Under the pieces are notes generated by a model that saw only the letters and a list, made by a program, of their open reading frames with translations, was not told the origin of the DNA and ran no database searches. A stretch of 64,000 bases of DNA from an uncultured Phycisphaerales bacterium (lineage in GTDB: Bacteria > Planctomycetota > Phycisphaerae > Tepidisphaerales > Tepidisphaeraceae). The stretch lies in assembly GCA_963792535.1 (NCBI GenBank), contig CAWBWQ010000001.1, positions 224,001 through 288,000 of the forward strand, read 5' to 3'. Made by a program: the position numbers and the translations under genes. Shown in pieces: positions 51,038 to 61,268 of the stretch. Numbering within the stretch: the stretch's first letter is position 1; every line of letters starts with the position of its first letter.

Positions 51038-51059
51038 GGTTCAATTCCCTCCGCCTCCA
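51038..51059 (+). repeat. att core, right copy (displaced tmRNA 3' end)
   Basis: Identical to 46468-46489. Confidence 0.95.
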
Positions 51060-51118
51060 TTCGACTCGGCCGGGTACGACCTCGCTCATGGCAGGCCGTG
51101 TCTGGGCCGAGTCGAATG
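51058..51118. repeat. 14-bp perfect inverted repeat CATTCGACTCGGCC...GGCCGAGTCGAATG directly after the right att
   Basis: Arms at 51058-51071 and 51105-51118. Confidence 0.75.
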
Positions 51119-51236
51119 CCTTGGGCGAAGGTACTCGTGAGTCGATCGGGCCAATCTGTGTTCGCATTTGCGCCAGCAAATTCGTTTTTCGTTTATGTCC
51201 TTCCCGGGTAAGTTGCTCGCGGCACGCAAGTGAAAA

Positions 51237-52526
51237 TCACAGCGAGCGAATCGCAATTAAAGTCTGGTCATCTGTAGGCAGCGGTGTTTCACCGAAACTG
51301 CTGACAGCTGCGCGTACGCTGTCGATGCACTCCTGTGCGGTGCGGGGGTGACAGTCAATAAGCAACTGGTCGAGGCGTTCGAGGCCGAAAAGGTCTCGGC
51401 GGGTTGCGCCTTTGGTGGGCGCCATGGCTTCTGTGATGCCATCGGTATAAAGCAGCAGCAGGTCGCCGGGCTCGAGTTGGATGGTTTCCTGTTCGTAGAT
51501 CTGACCCCCGAGAATGCCCAGGGGCAGACCACCATCGCCGTCGACGGAGAGCACATCTTTATCCCGCACGAGCCGGGGCGGATTATGGCCTGCCCGGCTG
51601 TACATCAACGTGCGATTGACCGGATCGAGCACCGCATAAAAAGCAGTAACGAAAGTGCCGCCGCGGGTGTAGGTATTGGTCAATCGATCGTTGAGATATT
51701 TCAGCAAAGTGCCGGGCGGAGTGTGGCTGCGGGGCCTGGCGTGCGCGATTGCGTGGGTGATTGCCATCAACACCGCTGCGGGGGTGCCGTGACCCGAAAC
51801 ATCGGCGATGAAGAGCCCCCAGGAACCGTCGTCCAGTGGAAAGAAATCGTAGTAATCGCCACCGGCGCGGGCACTGGTCTGATAGTCGGCTGCCAGTTCA
51901 AATCCGGGGATAGAGGGCAACACATCCGGTAGCAATGACCGCTGGATCTCACCGACGGTTTGCAACTCGCGGTCGAGTGTTGTCAGAGCGCCGGCGAGTT
52001 GATTGCGCAATACCTGGTTTTGCGTTCCCCGGCCAAACAAGCCTGATTGCAGATACAGCATGGGAAACATCGCCGGATCAAATTCTTCTCCTTCACGAAA
52101 GAGCAACAGCGACATGTTCACGGTTATTCCCCCATCATACTGCGGCATGGCCAGAGCGCTTTTAAACCCCTGCAGATAAAACCACGCCGGATCATCCCGC
52201 CGCAGGCGCGCGGGAAGGTCCTGAATTAAACCTGGCGCATTGGCATCCAGTAGTTCGGCGATTAAGCCGCCCGATAATCGGGGCAACTGATCGCGCTGCG
52301 TCCAGGGATTGAAGTTTTCGGTAAAGCGAGACGACCGGGTAATGAGGTAATAAGGAGGTTCGATATCGCGCCGGGAAACTGCGACGAAATCTTCAATAGT
52401 GATAAGCTCCCCGATGTTTTCCCAATAAGCCCTGACCAGTTCTTCAGGATCGGTGACCCCTGAGATGGCTTTCATCGTGCGATCGACGATCGCGAGTTCT
52501 ACCTGCCAGGGCTTTCGCTTCATCAT
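51237..52526 (-). CDS. PP2C/SpoIIE-family (RsbU-like) phosphatase with N-terminal GAF-like sensor
   Basis: IQRSLLP, GGDYYDF, IADVSGHG, AGHNPP, YTDGITEA, DDQT. Confidence 0.92.
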   Translation of the reverse strand: MMKRKPWQVELAIVDRTMKAISGVTDPEELVRAYWENIGELITIEDFVAVSRRDIEPPYYLITRSSRFTENFNPWTQRDQLPRLSGGLIAELLDANAPGLIQDLPARLRRDDPAWFYLQGFKSALAMPQYDGGITVNMSLLLFREGEEFDPAMFPMLYLQSGLFGRGTQNQVLRNQLAGALTTLDRELQTVGEIQRSLLPDVLPSIPGFELAADYQTSARAGGDYYDFFPLDDGSWGLFIADVSGHGTPAAVLMAITHAIAHARPRSHTPPGTLLKYLNDRLTNTYTRGGTFVTAFYAVLDPVNRTLMYSRAGHNPPRLVRDKDVLSVDGDGGLPLGILGGQIYEQETIQLEPGDLLLLYTDGITEAMAPTKGATRRDLFGLERLDQLLIDCHPRTAQECIDSVRAAVSSFGETPLPTDDQTLIAIRSL

Positions 52527-52589
52527 GCCGATATCCTAGCCTCGCCGAACCCAGGCGACTATCCGAGCTGAACAATGAGTGGTTATGGT

Positions 52590-55111
52590 TTACCGCCTGA
52601 CCTCATACGCCAGCGCAGGCGCGATGCCGAGGCGAATCAATGTGCGATCCCCCTGGATCTCGGCAAGTTCCTTACCCGTTGGTTTTCCGTCGGGATCCAA
52701 TGCCACCGCATGCTTCCATCGACCGCTCAAGCTGATTGTCGCAGCAACCGTTTCGATCTGAACCGGTGCGTTGCCCCATTTGTTACCGACCGAGTGACGA
52801 TCGGCGGTCCATCCCATACCGGTATTCTGGCAGCGGGCGACGGCGGTCATCAGCAGGCGATCGGCTGAACTCATTTTCTGTCCCGGTGTGGCGGGCGTCA
52901 CGATGAGGGTTGCAAATGGTGTATCCAGCGATTCGATTCGCACACCGCTGTCCTGAAAAACAACCGGCAGAGCACCCGCGGCAAAGCCGATGAAGACCGC
53001 TGAGTCAGCGTCCCCGAAAATAAATCGCCCCGTATGAGGCCCGCGCCGACCCAGGTCGCCCGGCTCGTAGGAGACGAGCGTTTCTGTTTACCATCAAATG
53101 AAATCGACAGCGGGGCGGTCAGCGATAAGCGCGGATCCAAACCAGCCACTTCTGTCAGAAACGCCGATTCACTGCCCGAATAGCGCGGCACGCCAGCGAG
53201 CACTTGGCTGAATGGCAATGCGACTGTCTGCGACGTTTGGATCTCAGGAACAACCGCTGACAAAAGGCGCGCCCCCATTGGCATCAGAGGCATTTTCGCG
53301 GGGTTGGATTCGATATCAAAGAAGCCGGAGATCTTGTCGTCGTTTGCGTCGTGACCGTAGTCAAAAAGAAATACTCCGTCCCAATCCTGTAGCGCAGCAA
53401 ACGTCGCAATGAAAGGAATGCACTCGGCCTGAAAGTCATTTGGCGCCGGGTGCTGATATTCAGTAACCGTAAAAGGCTTGCCCGCCACGCGCGTGGCGGC
53501 CAGGTCCCACAGCGTCGCGCGCGGGCTGATCGACCATTGCAGTATCAGGAATCGTCCAATCCGAAAGATCCCATGGCCTTGCGCGGGAACGATCGGATGC
53601 TGCCAATAGGCGTGCCCGTCAACAAAATCCATTTTCGACTGCGAATAGGTTCCCATCGGCCCAAATCCACAGGTTCCGGTAACGGCGCATTTCACACCGC
53701 AATCGCCCTTGAGAAACTTCAGCATGCCAGCGTAATACCTCTCCTCGGTCTGCTGCAAAAAGGTGTACCAGTCATCGCGACGCGCCCGGCTGGGTGATAA
53801 ATGAACCGACGGGATCAGCACATCGCCGATGCCGGGATCTTCCGTTTCAGATAGTCCGGTTCCGCCGCCGGGTGTGCACTGAATATCGGATAGAAAAACT
53901 TTTCCTGTCTGCTGTCCCAGGATGAAACCGAGCCGGGCGTTTGCGTCGCTTTGGCTGGCTGTAAAGGAGAAGGAGAATGACTGCTTCCTCGTTTCCAGCT
54001 GCGCATCGGTTTCCAGTCCCAGTGACTGCCACGGACCATGAGCCTGTGAGATCGCGACACCAATCTTAACCGGTCGATCCGACCAGGCATCGAAGCGAAC
54101 CGTATAAGCTTTTTTTTCCTGCATCCTCAGTCCGGACTGAACCAGCTGCAAGTGCCAATCGGTGCTGTCGACTGCATTAACATCAGCCTGAATACCGCCA
54201 GGCACGCTGGTGACCTCCATGCGGGCGGTGTCGTGCAGTTCAGGGGTCCACTTGCCATCGCGCAGGACGTTTGCGCCAGCGTTTTCGCTGTCGATGTTCC
54301 AGGCTCGTTCCAACTTTTGCCTGGTTTGATATTTCTCTATCAACCAGCGATTCCACTGCCGCTGCAGCTCATCGCGGTAGGCCCCGGCCAGCGACGCCAG
54401 TGTCTTGTCGGCTTCCCACATGAACATCGAATTTTCATTGTTGATTTCAACAATCGCCACCGCCGGTTCATCCGCATACCTGGCATGGGTAAAGGCATTC
54501 AGATGCCCGAGCAGATCGTGCGCATATTGTTTCTGGGCATCGATTAATTCCGGATCGAAGAGGTCGACCATCTTGTCGACGCGCGGGCCGTGATGCTCCG
54601 GGCCGCTGGCGAGGTAATGAGTGTAACTGCGCGAAACATGCAGATTCAGATCAGCGTAAATACCCTGCGCTTTGAGCGCGGAAATGAAATAGTCGAGACG
54701 ATCCAATGCTTCGGGCGAAAGCGATGTCAGCCCGTCATCAGCAAAGATGCCGTTGGGAAACGGCATATTATCCATATGATGAAACCGGACGGCGTTGATC
54801 CCATATGCGGCAAAACGCGATGCCAGTTCATCCGCTTTCGCGTGTGTCGGAAAATTCGCTGCAAATGTCAGGTTCACCCCCCAGAATCGGACGCGCGTGT
54901 TACCGCTGTAAAAATGTCCATCGCGACAGACAATCCCACCCAATCGGCCCGCGGGTTTATCCAAAAGGTCGGAGGCGCGAAGCTCGCCCGGCTGATTTGC
55001 AGTCAGCTTCATCGACCAGTCAGACCATGCCGTCGGAGGAGGCAGGATCTGGGCTCTTAATGTTGTCGCGCAGGCTATAACGATCAGCGAAATGACAGGG
55101 AGCAGTCGCAT
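52590..55111 (-). CDS. Secreted GH-A clan (GH5-like) glycoside hydrolase with inserted CBM4/9-like module; several frameshifts
   Basis: RFWGVN, NAVRFHHMD, EINNEN, DGHAYWQHP, PFTVTEY, ALQDWDG; CBM segment WHLQLVQ..YTVRF. Confidence 0.8.
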
Positions 55112-55144
55112 CCCTGAAAAGATACCCGTTTCCTTATCCCGAAG

Positions 55145-55172
55145 TTAGCCGGCCCGAATGCGGGCCGGCTAA
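55145..55172 (-). terminator. Hairpin downstream of the SDR gene
   Basis: TTAGCCGGCCCG-AATG-CGGGCCGGCTAA. Confidence 0.65.
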
Positions 55173-55185
55173 AATCCAGGCTTGT

Positions 55186-55944
55186 CTATCGAGAACCACC
55201 GCTGACATATAGCGTTTCGCCGGTAATCCAGCCGGAATCATTCGAGGCGAGAAACACCACCGCTTTTGCAATGTCGCCGGGTTGACCGATTCGACCCAGC
55301 GGGCTCTGCGCTTCATACTGTTTGCGGAATTCCGCCTCGGAGTCACTGAAACCAACTGAGGTAGTGCCTTCAGTCAGGACAAGCCCCGGGTTAACCGAAT
55401 TCACGCGGATATTTCGCCGACCGAGTTCCTGACCCAGCGATCGTGTGACCGCATCCACCGCTGCCTTGGTCGCGCTGTACACCGCGCCATTGGGCGGGGC
55501 GAGCGTTGCCACAATCGAACTGACATTGATGATATTTCCACCATTAGGTCCAAAGTGCTTGACCGCTTCCTGGGATGCAAGGATCAGCCCTAGCACGTTC
55601 AGGTCAAACTGACGATGAAACGAATCAGCGGTGATTGCTTCCAGCGGAGCAAATTCGTAGATGCCTGCGTTGTTGACGAGAATATCGACATGGTCATACG
55701 CCTTTTTCGATTCATCGAACAGGCGAGTGATTTCCGCGGCCTTTGAGACGTTTGCCTGCACCGCGATTGCCTTGCCGCCCTTGCCGGTAATTTCGTTTAC
55801 AACTCGGTCGGCTCCTTCCCTGCTGGAACTGTAATTGACCACGACCGATGCGCCCTCGGCCGCAAGATGCGTCGCGATCGCCGCGCCGATCCCCTTGGAT
55901 GCCCCGGTGACAATCGCCACTTTTCCCGCGAGTTTCTGTGCCAT
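55186..55944 (-). CDS. Short-chain dehydrogenase/reductase (glucose 1-dehydrogenase/FabG-like)
   Basis: TGASKGIG, NNAG, YSATK, RVNSVNPG. Confidence 0.93.
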   Translation of the reverse strand: MAQKLAGKVAIVTGASKGIGAAIATHLAAEGASVVVNYSSSREGADRVVNEITGKGGKAIAVQANVSKAAEITRLFDESKKAYDHVDILVNNAGIYEFAPLEAITADSFHRQFDLNVLGLILASQEAVKHFGPNGGNIINVSSIVATLAPPNGAVYSATKAAVDAVTRSLGQELGRRNIRVNSVNPGLVLTEGTTSVGFSDSEAEFRKQYEAQSPLGRIGQPGDIAKAVVFLASNDSGWITGETLYVSGGSR

Positions 55945-55982
55945 AACGAACTCCTTCCTGAAAGAGTAAAAAAGATTTATGT

Positions 55983-56047
55983 ACCGAACGGTAACAATGT
56001 ATGCAGGTGGATTTAGCCAGTCAAGAAGATTAATATACCGTTAGGTA
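55983..56047. promoter_or_regulatory. Two TetR operator-like boxes, TACCGAACGGTA (55983-55994) and TACCGTTAGGTA (56036-56047)
   Basis: Near-palindromes in the divergent SDR/TetR intergenic region. Confidence 0.6.
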
Positions 56048-56659
56048 TGAAAGCAGGTGAAACAGTCAAACATCGAGGCCGCCCGCGCGCATTTGATATC
56101 GACGCGGCGCTGGACCAGGCGCTGCGCGTTTTTTGGAAAAATGGATACGAGGGGGCCTCTCTCCCTGAATTGACCGCGGCCATGGGGATCAATCGCCCCA
56201 GCTTGTACGCGGCTTTTGGGAATAAAGAAGAATTATTCCGCAAGGCGGTTGAGGCGCTATCTTCAAACCGCCGGGGGAATGATGCGCGAAGCACTGGATC
56301 AACCCACCGCCCGGGGCACTGTGGAAATGCTGCTGAAACGAAGCATCGCTAAACCGACCCGGTCCCGCCCGCGCGGCTGTCTGCTTGTCCAGGGCGCGCT
56401 GGCATGCAGTGATGCGTCACGGGCGGTCAGGCGAGAGCTTTCTACCTTGCGGCTTGCCAACGAAATGCTGCTTCGCCGCCGCTTCGAGCAGGCAATCGCC
56501 CAGAAAGATCTCCCCGCTGATTCCGATGCCGCGGCGCTGGCTACGTTTATTTCCACTTTTCTTCAGGGCCTGGCCGTCCAGGCGGCGGGTGGGGCAAGTT
56601 GCAAAGCATTGTCGGCTGCTGTGGAAGTGGCCCTGAGGGCGTGGCCTACGCCGGTGTGA
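56047..56659 (+). CDS. TetR/AcrR-family regulator (ComR-like); frameshift near 56253
   Basis: GRPRAFD, FWKNGYEG, PSLYAAFGNKEELF, GCLLV. Confidence 0.9.
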
Positions 56660-56867
56660 TCGACTTGCCCGTTATGGCAGTCTGACCCTTCGCGGCGGCG
56701 TCTTGTTCCGGCGCGACGGGCTGATATGGGCAGTGTCGACAGCCCGAGCCGCAACACGTTCCTCGCCTGGTTAAAAACGCAGATGTGAAAATCCATCGTC
56801 CGTTCTCGATCACGTAATCGATGCCCGCAACCAGCGCGTCTTGCTCAGAAAATTCTGCTTCAGGCAT
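56646..56867 (-). CDS. Small Cys-rich protein (DUF5522-like)
   Basis: DYVIENG..IFT..FL.RRGTCCGSGCRHCPY; overlaps the MFS stop. Confidence 0.8.
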   Translation of the reverse strand: MPEAEFSEQDALVAGIDYVIENGRWIFTSAFLTRRGTCCGSGCRHCPYQPVAPEQDAAAKGQTAITGKSITPA

Positions 56868-58236
56868 GCGCGGGTTCCAGTTCCTCAGCGGGTCTCGCAT
56901 CTGCAAGCGATCCAAAACTCCGGACCTGCGGCCACACCGCATTTACCACCAATACAACAAAAATAGTGCCTATTCCACCGGCGACAACCGACCAGATCGG
57001 GCCCATCCACTGTGCGGTTAACCCAGATTCAAAACCGCCCAGTTCATTGCTCGCGCCGATGAAGACATTATTCACCGCCGACACCCTGCCCCGCATGGTA
57101 TCGGGCGTGAGCACCTGCACCAGCGTATGCCGGATGACCACGCTGATATTGTCAAACGCGCCGGTGAGGAACAGCATGACCAGCGAAAGCACGAAAGAGC
57201 GCGAGAGGCCGAATACAATCGTTGCCAGTCCAAAACCCAGAACCGCCCAGAGCAAGTTCCGCCCTGCTTTTTTCATCGGCGGGAGATGCGCGACGATCAC
57301 CGCCATGACCAGCGCCTCCATCGCCGGGGCGGCCCGCATCCAGCCGAACCCCACCGCGTCAATCCGCAGGACCGACTTGGCGTAGAGCGGTAACAGATAG
57401 GTTGCCCCGCCGAATAAAACCGCAAACAGATCCAGCGTGATGGTAGCCAGGATGATCTTGTTCAGGCGAACGAACTGGATCCCAGCCAGAAGCGTTTTCA
57501 GGCTGGGGGTCTCAACCCGTCTGGCCACGGGGCGCACCTCCGTGACGGCGAGCAACACCACCAGCGCCATGCCACCCAGCGCATCAACCAGGTACGTAAT
57601 CGGCAGCGTGCGGACGACCTTTTGCCCGAGGTGTATCGAATCGATCGCGATGATTCCGCCGGCCACCGCGGGGCCGATCATCGATGCCACCTGGAATAAG
57701 CTGCTCGACCAGGTGGTGGCGTTGCTATACAGCGCGATGGGAACGATCTGGCGGCGCAGCGACGATTGAGCGGGTCCACCGACGGCGGACATCGTCGTAG
57801 CCGCAAGCAGTAAAGCGTACATCCAGAGCAGCGGGGCGACCTCAAAGGAAACAACGGCCAGTCCCACCGAACAAAGCGCACCAGCGAAACAGGTCAGCAT
57901 GGTCAATCGCTTGCGATCGACCGAGTCGGCAAGGTGGCCGGCGGGCAGCGCGAGCAGGATGACCGGCAATGCTCCGATCAGTCCGACCATCCCCAGGGCA
58001 AGTGCGGGCTTAGCGCTGCGCAGGGTAATTTCCCAACCGACGGCTGCAATCAGGAATTCCTGACCCATGCGGCTCAGCGTCATTCCCGCAAGATATCGGC
58101 GATAAGCAGGCAACCGAAGGACTGCATACGGGTCATGACCGACGGCAGCTGTTTCGGCGGGTATTTGTTGTTCGAGTGACTGCTCTGTCAGCGATACACC
58201 GCCGGGGCGTGGTGGGTCAGGGATGTCAGTTGGCAT
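56860..58236 (-). CDS. MFS transporter (EntS/DHA3-like)
   Basis: GHLADSVDRK motif A, LDLFAVLFGG, MRGRV, ASNELGGFESG. Confidence 0.92.
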   Translation of the reverse strand: MPTDIPDPPRPGGVSLTEQSLEQQIPAETAAVGHDPYAVLRLPAYRRYLAGMTLSRMGQEFLIAAVGWEITLRSAKPALALGMVGLIGALPVILLALPAGHLADSVDRKRLTMLTCFAGALCSVGLAVVSFEVAPLLWMYALLLAATTMSAVGGPAQSSLRRQIVPIALYSNATTWSSSLFQVASMIGPAVAGGIIAIDSIHLGQKVVRTLPITYLVDALGGMALVVLLAVTEVRPVARRVETPSLKTLLAGIQFVRLNKIILATITLDLFAVLFGGATYLLPLYAKSVLRIDAVGFGWMRAAPAMEALVMAVIVAHLPPMKKAGRNLLWAVLGFGLATIVFGLSRSFVLSLVMLFLTGAFDNISVVIRHTLVQVLTPDTMRGRVSAVNNVFIGASNELGGFESGLTAQWMGPIWSVVAGGIGTIFVVLVVNAVWPQVRSFGSLADARPAEELEPAHA

Positions 58237-58265
58237 GATTCGAAGGCAAGTGTAGGCGAAGTATT

Positions 58266-59123
58266 CTATTCCAGCGAAGCGGTGGCCTGGAAACTTCCCT
58301 TGGGGGAGGGAACACCGCCGGTGACTTCGTTGGTGACAGCCGCCAGCTTTAGAGGGCCCAGGTTCGGAGGGATATCAACCTGAATCTTTCCCTTCCCTGA
58401 GGCGTCCACGTCAAACGTCCCAGCCTCGACGGGGGCACCGGTGACCGGCACAAACCATAACTCATAGGTCTGCCCGGCGGCGGCGGGGGTCATGCCGTCG
58501 GTGAGCATGGTCCATTGCTTTTGCTTTTTATCCCACAGCAGGTTGGCCACCGCGTGCGGCTGCAACGCCGTTGGCTGCAGACTGACGAGTTTTAGATCGG
58601 GGGATCGCAGAAGATCCACCACCTGTGTGTCAGATGCATGTGTGGCGTTCAGAAGTTTTAACTGTTGTTCCTGGCTCATCAGAATTGCGGAGTTCAGGTC
58701 GTTTTGATTCCGCAGCCGTGTTGCCTGCTGCTGCAGGTCAGTGACGCGCAGATTCATGAAAGCGTGGGTGGCAATGATCGCAAGTCCCGCGGCAACGGCG
58801 GCGGGAACCAGATATCGAAACAGGCGAATCGGCAACGAATCCCCTTGAAAATCCTCCTGCCGATGCTGGATGACTTTCATCGAAGCGGCGGATTTTTCAG
58901 CCGCTTCGATCCGCTCCATGAGTCGGGCCTTGAGATATGGAGGCGGCGCGATGCGCTCAAGGGCAAGGGCGGAAGTTGCCACCAAGGCTTCGGCCTCAGC
59001 GAGTTGACCGGTGCAGGCGGGGCAACCCGTTTGAAGGTGCTCGCGCAATTCCTCTGCTTCAGATGCCTCCAGGGCATCAGATATATAAAGCAGCAGAAGA
59101 TCGCGTCTTTGGTCGCAGTTCAC
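58266..59123 (-). CDS. Anti-sigma factor (zf-HC2 plus RskA-like domain)
   Basis: HLQTGCPAC, TM helix, YELW, AVTNE..GG.PSP. Confidence 0.88.
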   Translation of the reverse strand: MNCDQRRDLLLLYISDALEASEAEELREHLQTGCPACTGQLAEAEALVATSALALERIAPPPYLKARLMERIEAAEKSAASMKVIQHRQEDFQGDSLPIRLFRYLVPAAVAAGLAIIATHAFMNLRVTDLQQQATRLRNQNDLNSAILMSQEQQLKLLNATHASDTQVVDLLRSPDLKLVSLQPTALQPHAVANLLWDKKQKQWTMLTDGMTPAAAGQTYELWFVPVTGAPVEAGTFDVDASGKGKIQVDIPPNLGPLKLAAVTNEVTGGVPSPKGSFQATASLE

Positions 59124-59166
59124 GGTGTCGTCTCAGATCCTGTTAAATAATGTCGGTCTGATTGCC

Positions 59167-59727
59167 TCATTGAGTAGTACGTAATTTCTCACGCAATTGG
59201 ATGATACCTTGTCGGATATACGTTTTTACGCTGCCCAGGGGCCGATTCAGCTTCTTTGCGATCTCACTGTGGCTCAGTCCTTCGTAAAACGAGCATTCCA
59301 GAGCCTCGCGTTGGGCGGGTTCAAGGTCAGATAATGCTGCCCGTACCTGCGCCGAGCGTTCCTGCAGATCGATCGATTCCAGGGCGCTGGGAACCGGATC
59401 GGTTTGCGCGCCGGCATCTGTGAAATCGCTGGTGATTTTAGGTCGTGCGCTCTGGGTCCGCTTGCGGTCGATCGCCCGGCTTCGGGCGAGTGTGACCAGA
59501 TAGGTCAGCGGGCTTCCGCGCATGGGATCAAATCGATCGGACCTGGTCCAGACTTCAAAAAAGATATCGGTAAGCGCATCCTCGGCCTCGCCGGAGTCTT
59601 TCAGTACCCGGCGGCAGATTGCGAGCACCAGTGGGCTATGCCGGTCGTAAAAAGTTGATAACGCGGAGCGATCGCCGCCGGCGATGGCGGCCATCAATGC
59701 GAAGTCGTCGGGAACGTTTGTGCTCAT
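59167..59727 (-). CDS. ECF sigma factor (SigK-like)
   Basis: FYDRH, AED..TDIFFEVW, RSRAIDR, SHSEIA..L..PLGSVKT. Confidence 0.92.
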   Translation of the reverse strand: MSTNVPDDFALMAAIAGGDRSALSTFYDRHSPLVLAICRRVLKDSGEAEDALTDIFFEVWTRSDRFDPMRGSPLTYLVTLARSRAIDRKRTQSARPKITSDFTDAGAQTDPVPSALESIDLQERSAQVRAALSDLEPAQREALECSFYEGLSHSEIAKKLNRPLGSVKTYIRQGIIQLREKLRTTQ

Positions 59728-59890
59728 GCAGAAAAGTGGGAAAGGAAAACGCCTGCCGAGGATGGTAGCAGGCGCAGGGCTGATGGCAAATGGGCGTTTT
59801 GTAGCCGTTCGATAACCGATCATTTCAGGTTCGTCGGGCGGGCGCGATTCGCATCTGGAGGTACCTGGAAGTTTCCTTTACGCTAAGCGG

Positions 59891-60532
59891 ATGTGGTTTG
59901 ATTCGACGGTGGCGCAAGCGGATTGGATCGAGGGGCAAAAACGTCTGAGCCGGGTCGATCCGGTGCTCAAAGCGATCATTAAAAAGGTGGGCCCCTGCAC
60001 GTTGAAACGCCGCAAGGATTATTTCGTCGTGCTGTGCAAATCGATTTTCAGTCAGCAGATCTCGGTGAAAGTGGCAGCTGTGTTGTTTCACCGGTTTCGC
60101 AATCAGTTCCCCCTGCGGCGGCCGACACCCGCGCGGGTGATCGAACTGTTCAGTAAACCCGCCGAGCAGATCAACGCGGTCGGACTTTCGCGCCAGAAAC
60201 AGGCGTATATTCTGGATCTCGCCCGGCACTTTGAGTCCGGCGAGTTGCGTGTCGCGCGGTTCGCGAAAATGAGCGATGAGGAGATCATCGAAGCCCTGGT
60301 GGCGGTGAAAGGCATCGGTCGATGGACGGCTGAGATGTTTTTGATTTTTGTGCTCAATCGCCCGGATGTTTTTCCCGTGGATGACCTGGGCCTGCGAAAA
60401 AACGTGCAGCGCGCCTATGGATTGGCGGAGATGCCCAAGACTGCCGAACTGAAACTGCTGGGCGAAAAATGGAGGCCCTATCGGTCGCTGGCAACCTGGT
60501 ATTTCTGGCGGATGCCGGAAGAGAAGAATTAG
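59891..60532 (+). CDS. alkA: DNA-3-methyladenine glycosylase II (HhH-GPD)
   Basis: SQQIS, GLSRQK, KGIGRWTAEM, PVDDLG, WRPYRS. Confidence 0.9.
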   Translation: MWFDSTVAQADWIEGQKRLSRVDPVLKAIIKKVGPCTLKRRKDYFVVLCKSIFSQQISVKVAAVLFHRFRNQFPLRRPTPARVIELFSKPAEQINAVGLSRQKQAYILDLARHFESGELRVARFAKMSDEEIIEALVAVKGIGRWTAEMFLIFVLNRPDVFPVDDLGLRKNVQRAYGLAEMPKTAELKLLGEKWRPYRSLATWYFWRMPEEKN

Positions 60533-60564
60533 CGTGTTGGCAATACCCGGGGTTTGCCCGGCGC

Positions 60565-61209
60565 TTATTCGCCCAGCTGATTGCGCATAGCATTGGCGAT
60601 GGCCTTTTCCAAACCTTTGTCTCGCCGCAGGGGGTACCAGTAATCGCTGGCGATGACCGCGCCGGATTGATCGGCGGGATCGTAGACCGTGCGTTTGGCG
60701 CTCAGGGCGTTGTGGTATTGGGTAATGGAAGTCAATCGCCGCTCGGTGGAAGTAAAACGTTCGACAAGCACCTTAGGGCTTGCCTGAAAAGTACCGTCGG
60801 GATTGCGGGTGACTTCAAAATGCACCGTCCGGCGGATAGTCGCCAGGGAGGATTCCGCCAGATCGCCTGCTGAAGCCGTATCGCGACGCCAGGGCTCGAA
60901 GAATTGCGCGGACACCACGGGTTCGCTAGTGATGAGTCCGTCACGATACTGCTCGCGATCCAGCGGGAAAAGCCGCACGTATAACTGTCCTTTGCAGGCG
61001 TTCCACAGCTTGTCGAAATCGCGGCTGGTGACATGCTGCTCGGCTGGTTGATTCCACCAGTAGTCCGGCGTGGCCTGCTCGGGATCCACCGCGGTGGCGA
61101 GCTTCGCATTTGGATCGGTTTTGTAAAAAATGCAACCGGGCAGCGCCGGCAAAACCATCAGCAACGCAAAGGCGAAAAGTGTCCAGCTTCTGGCGGTAAA
61201 TTTCGTCAT
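60565..61209 (-). CDS. Hypothetical lipoprotein
   Basis: Lipobox LPG-C; FEPWR.D..ESSLATIRR pattern. Confidence 0.75.
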   Translation of the reverse strand: MTKFTARSWTLFAFALLMVLPALPGCIFYKTDPNAKLATAVDPEQATPDYWWNQPAEQHVTSRDFDKLWNACKGQLYVRLFPLDREQYRDGLITSEPVVSAQFFEPWRRDTASAGDLAESSLATIRRTVHFEVTRNPDGTFQASPKVLVERFTSTERRLTSITQYHNALSAKRTVYDPADQSGAVIASDYWYPLRRDKGLEKAIANAMRNQLGE

Positions 61210-61268
61210 TGCGTTCGGTCCTCGATCCAACGGCCTGGAAGTCTGGTTGTCTGCATATGCGGCGGCGC

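Larger units (their letters stand above)
46490..51059. mobile_element. 4.57-kb ssrA-integrated element (tyrosine recombinase, RCR Rep, nuclease-like gene, serine recombinase, small gene)
   Basis: 22-bp direct repeat of the tmRNA 3' end, integrase next to ssrA, visibly more AT-rich than the flanks. Confidence 0.9.

Noticed and set aside
46490..51059. Prophage (inovirus or microvirus) interpretation of the Rep-containing element
   Set aside because: No Zot/pI ATPase, small TM coat proteins or capsid gene present
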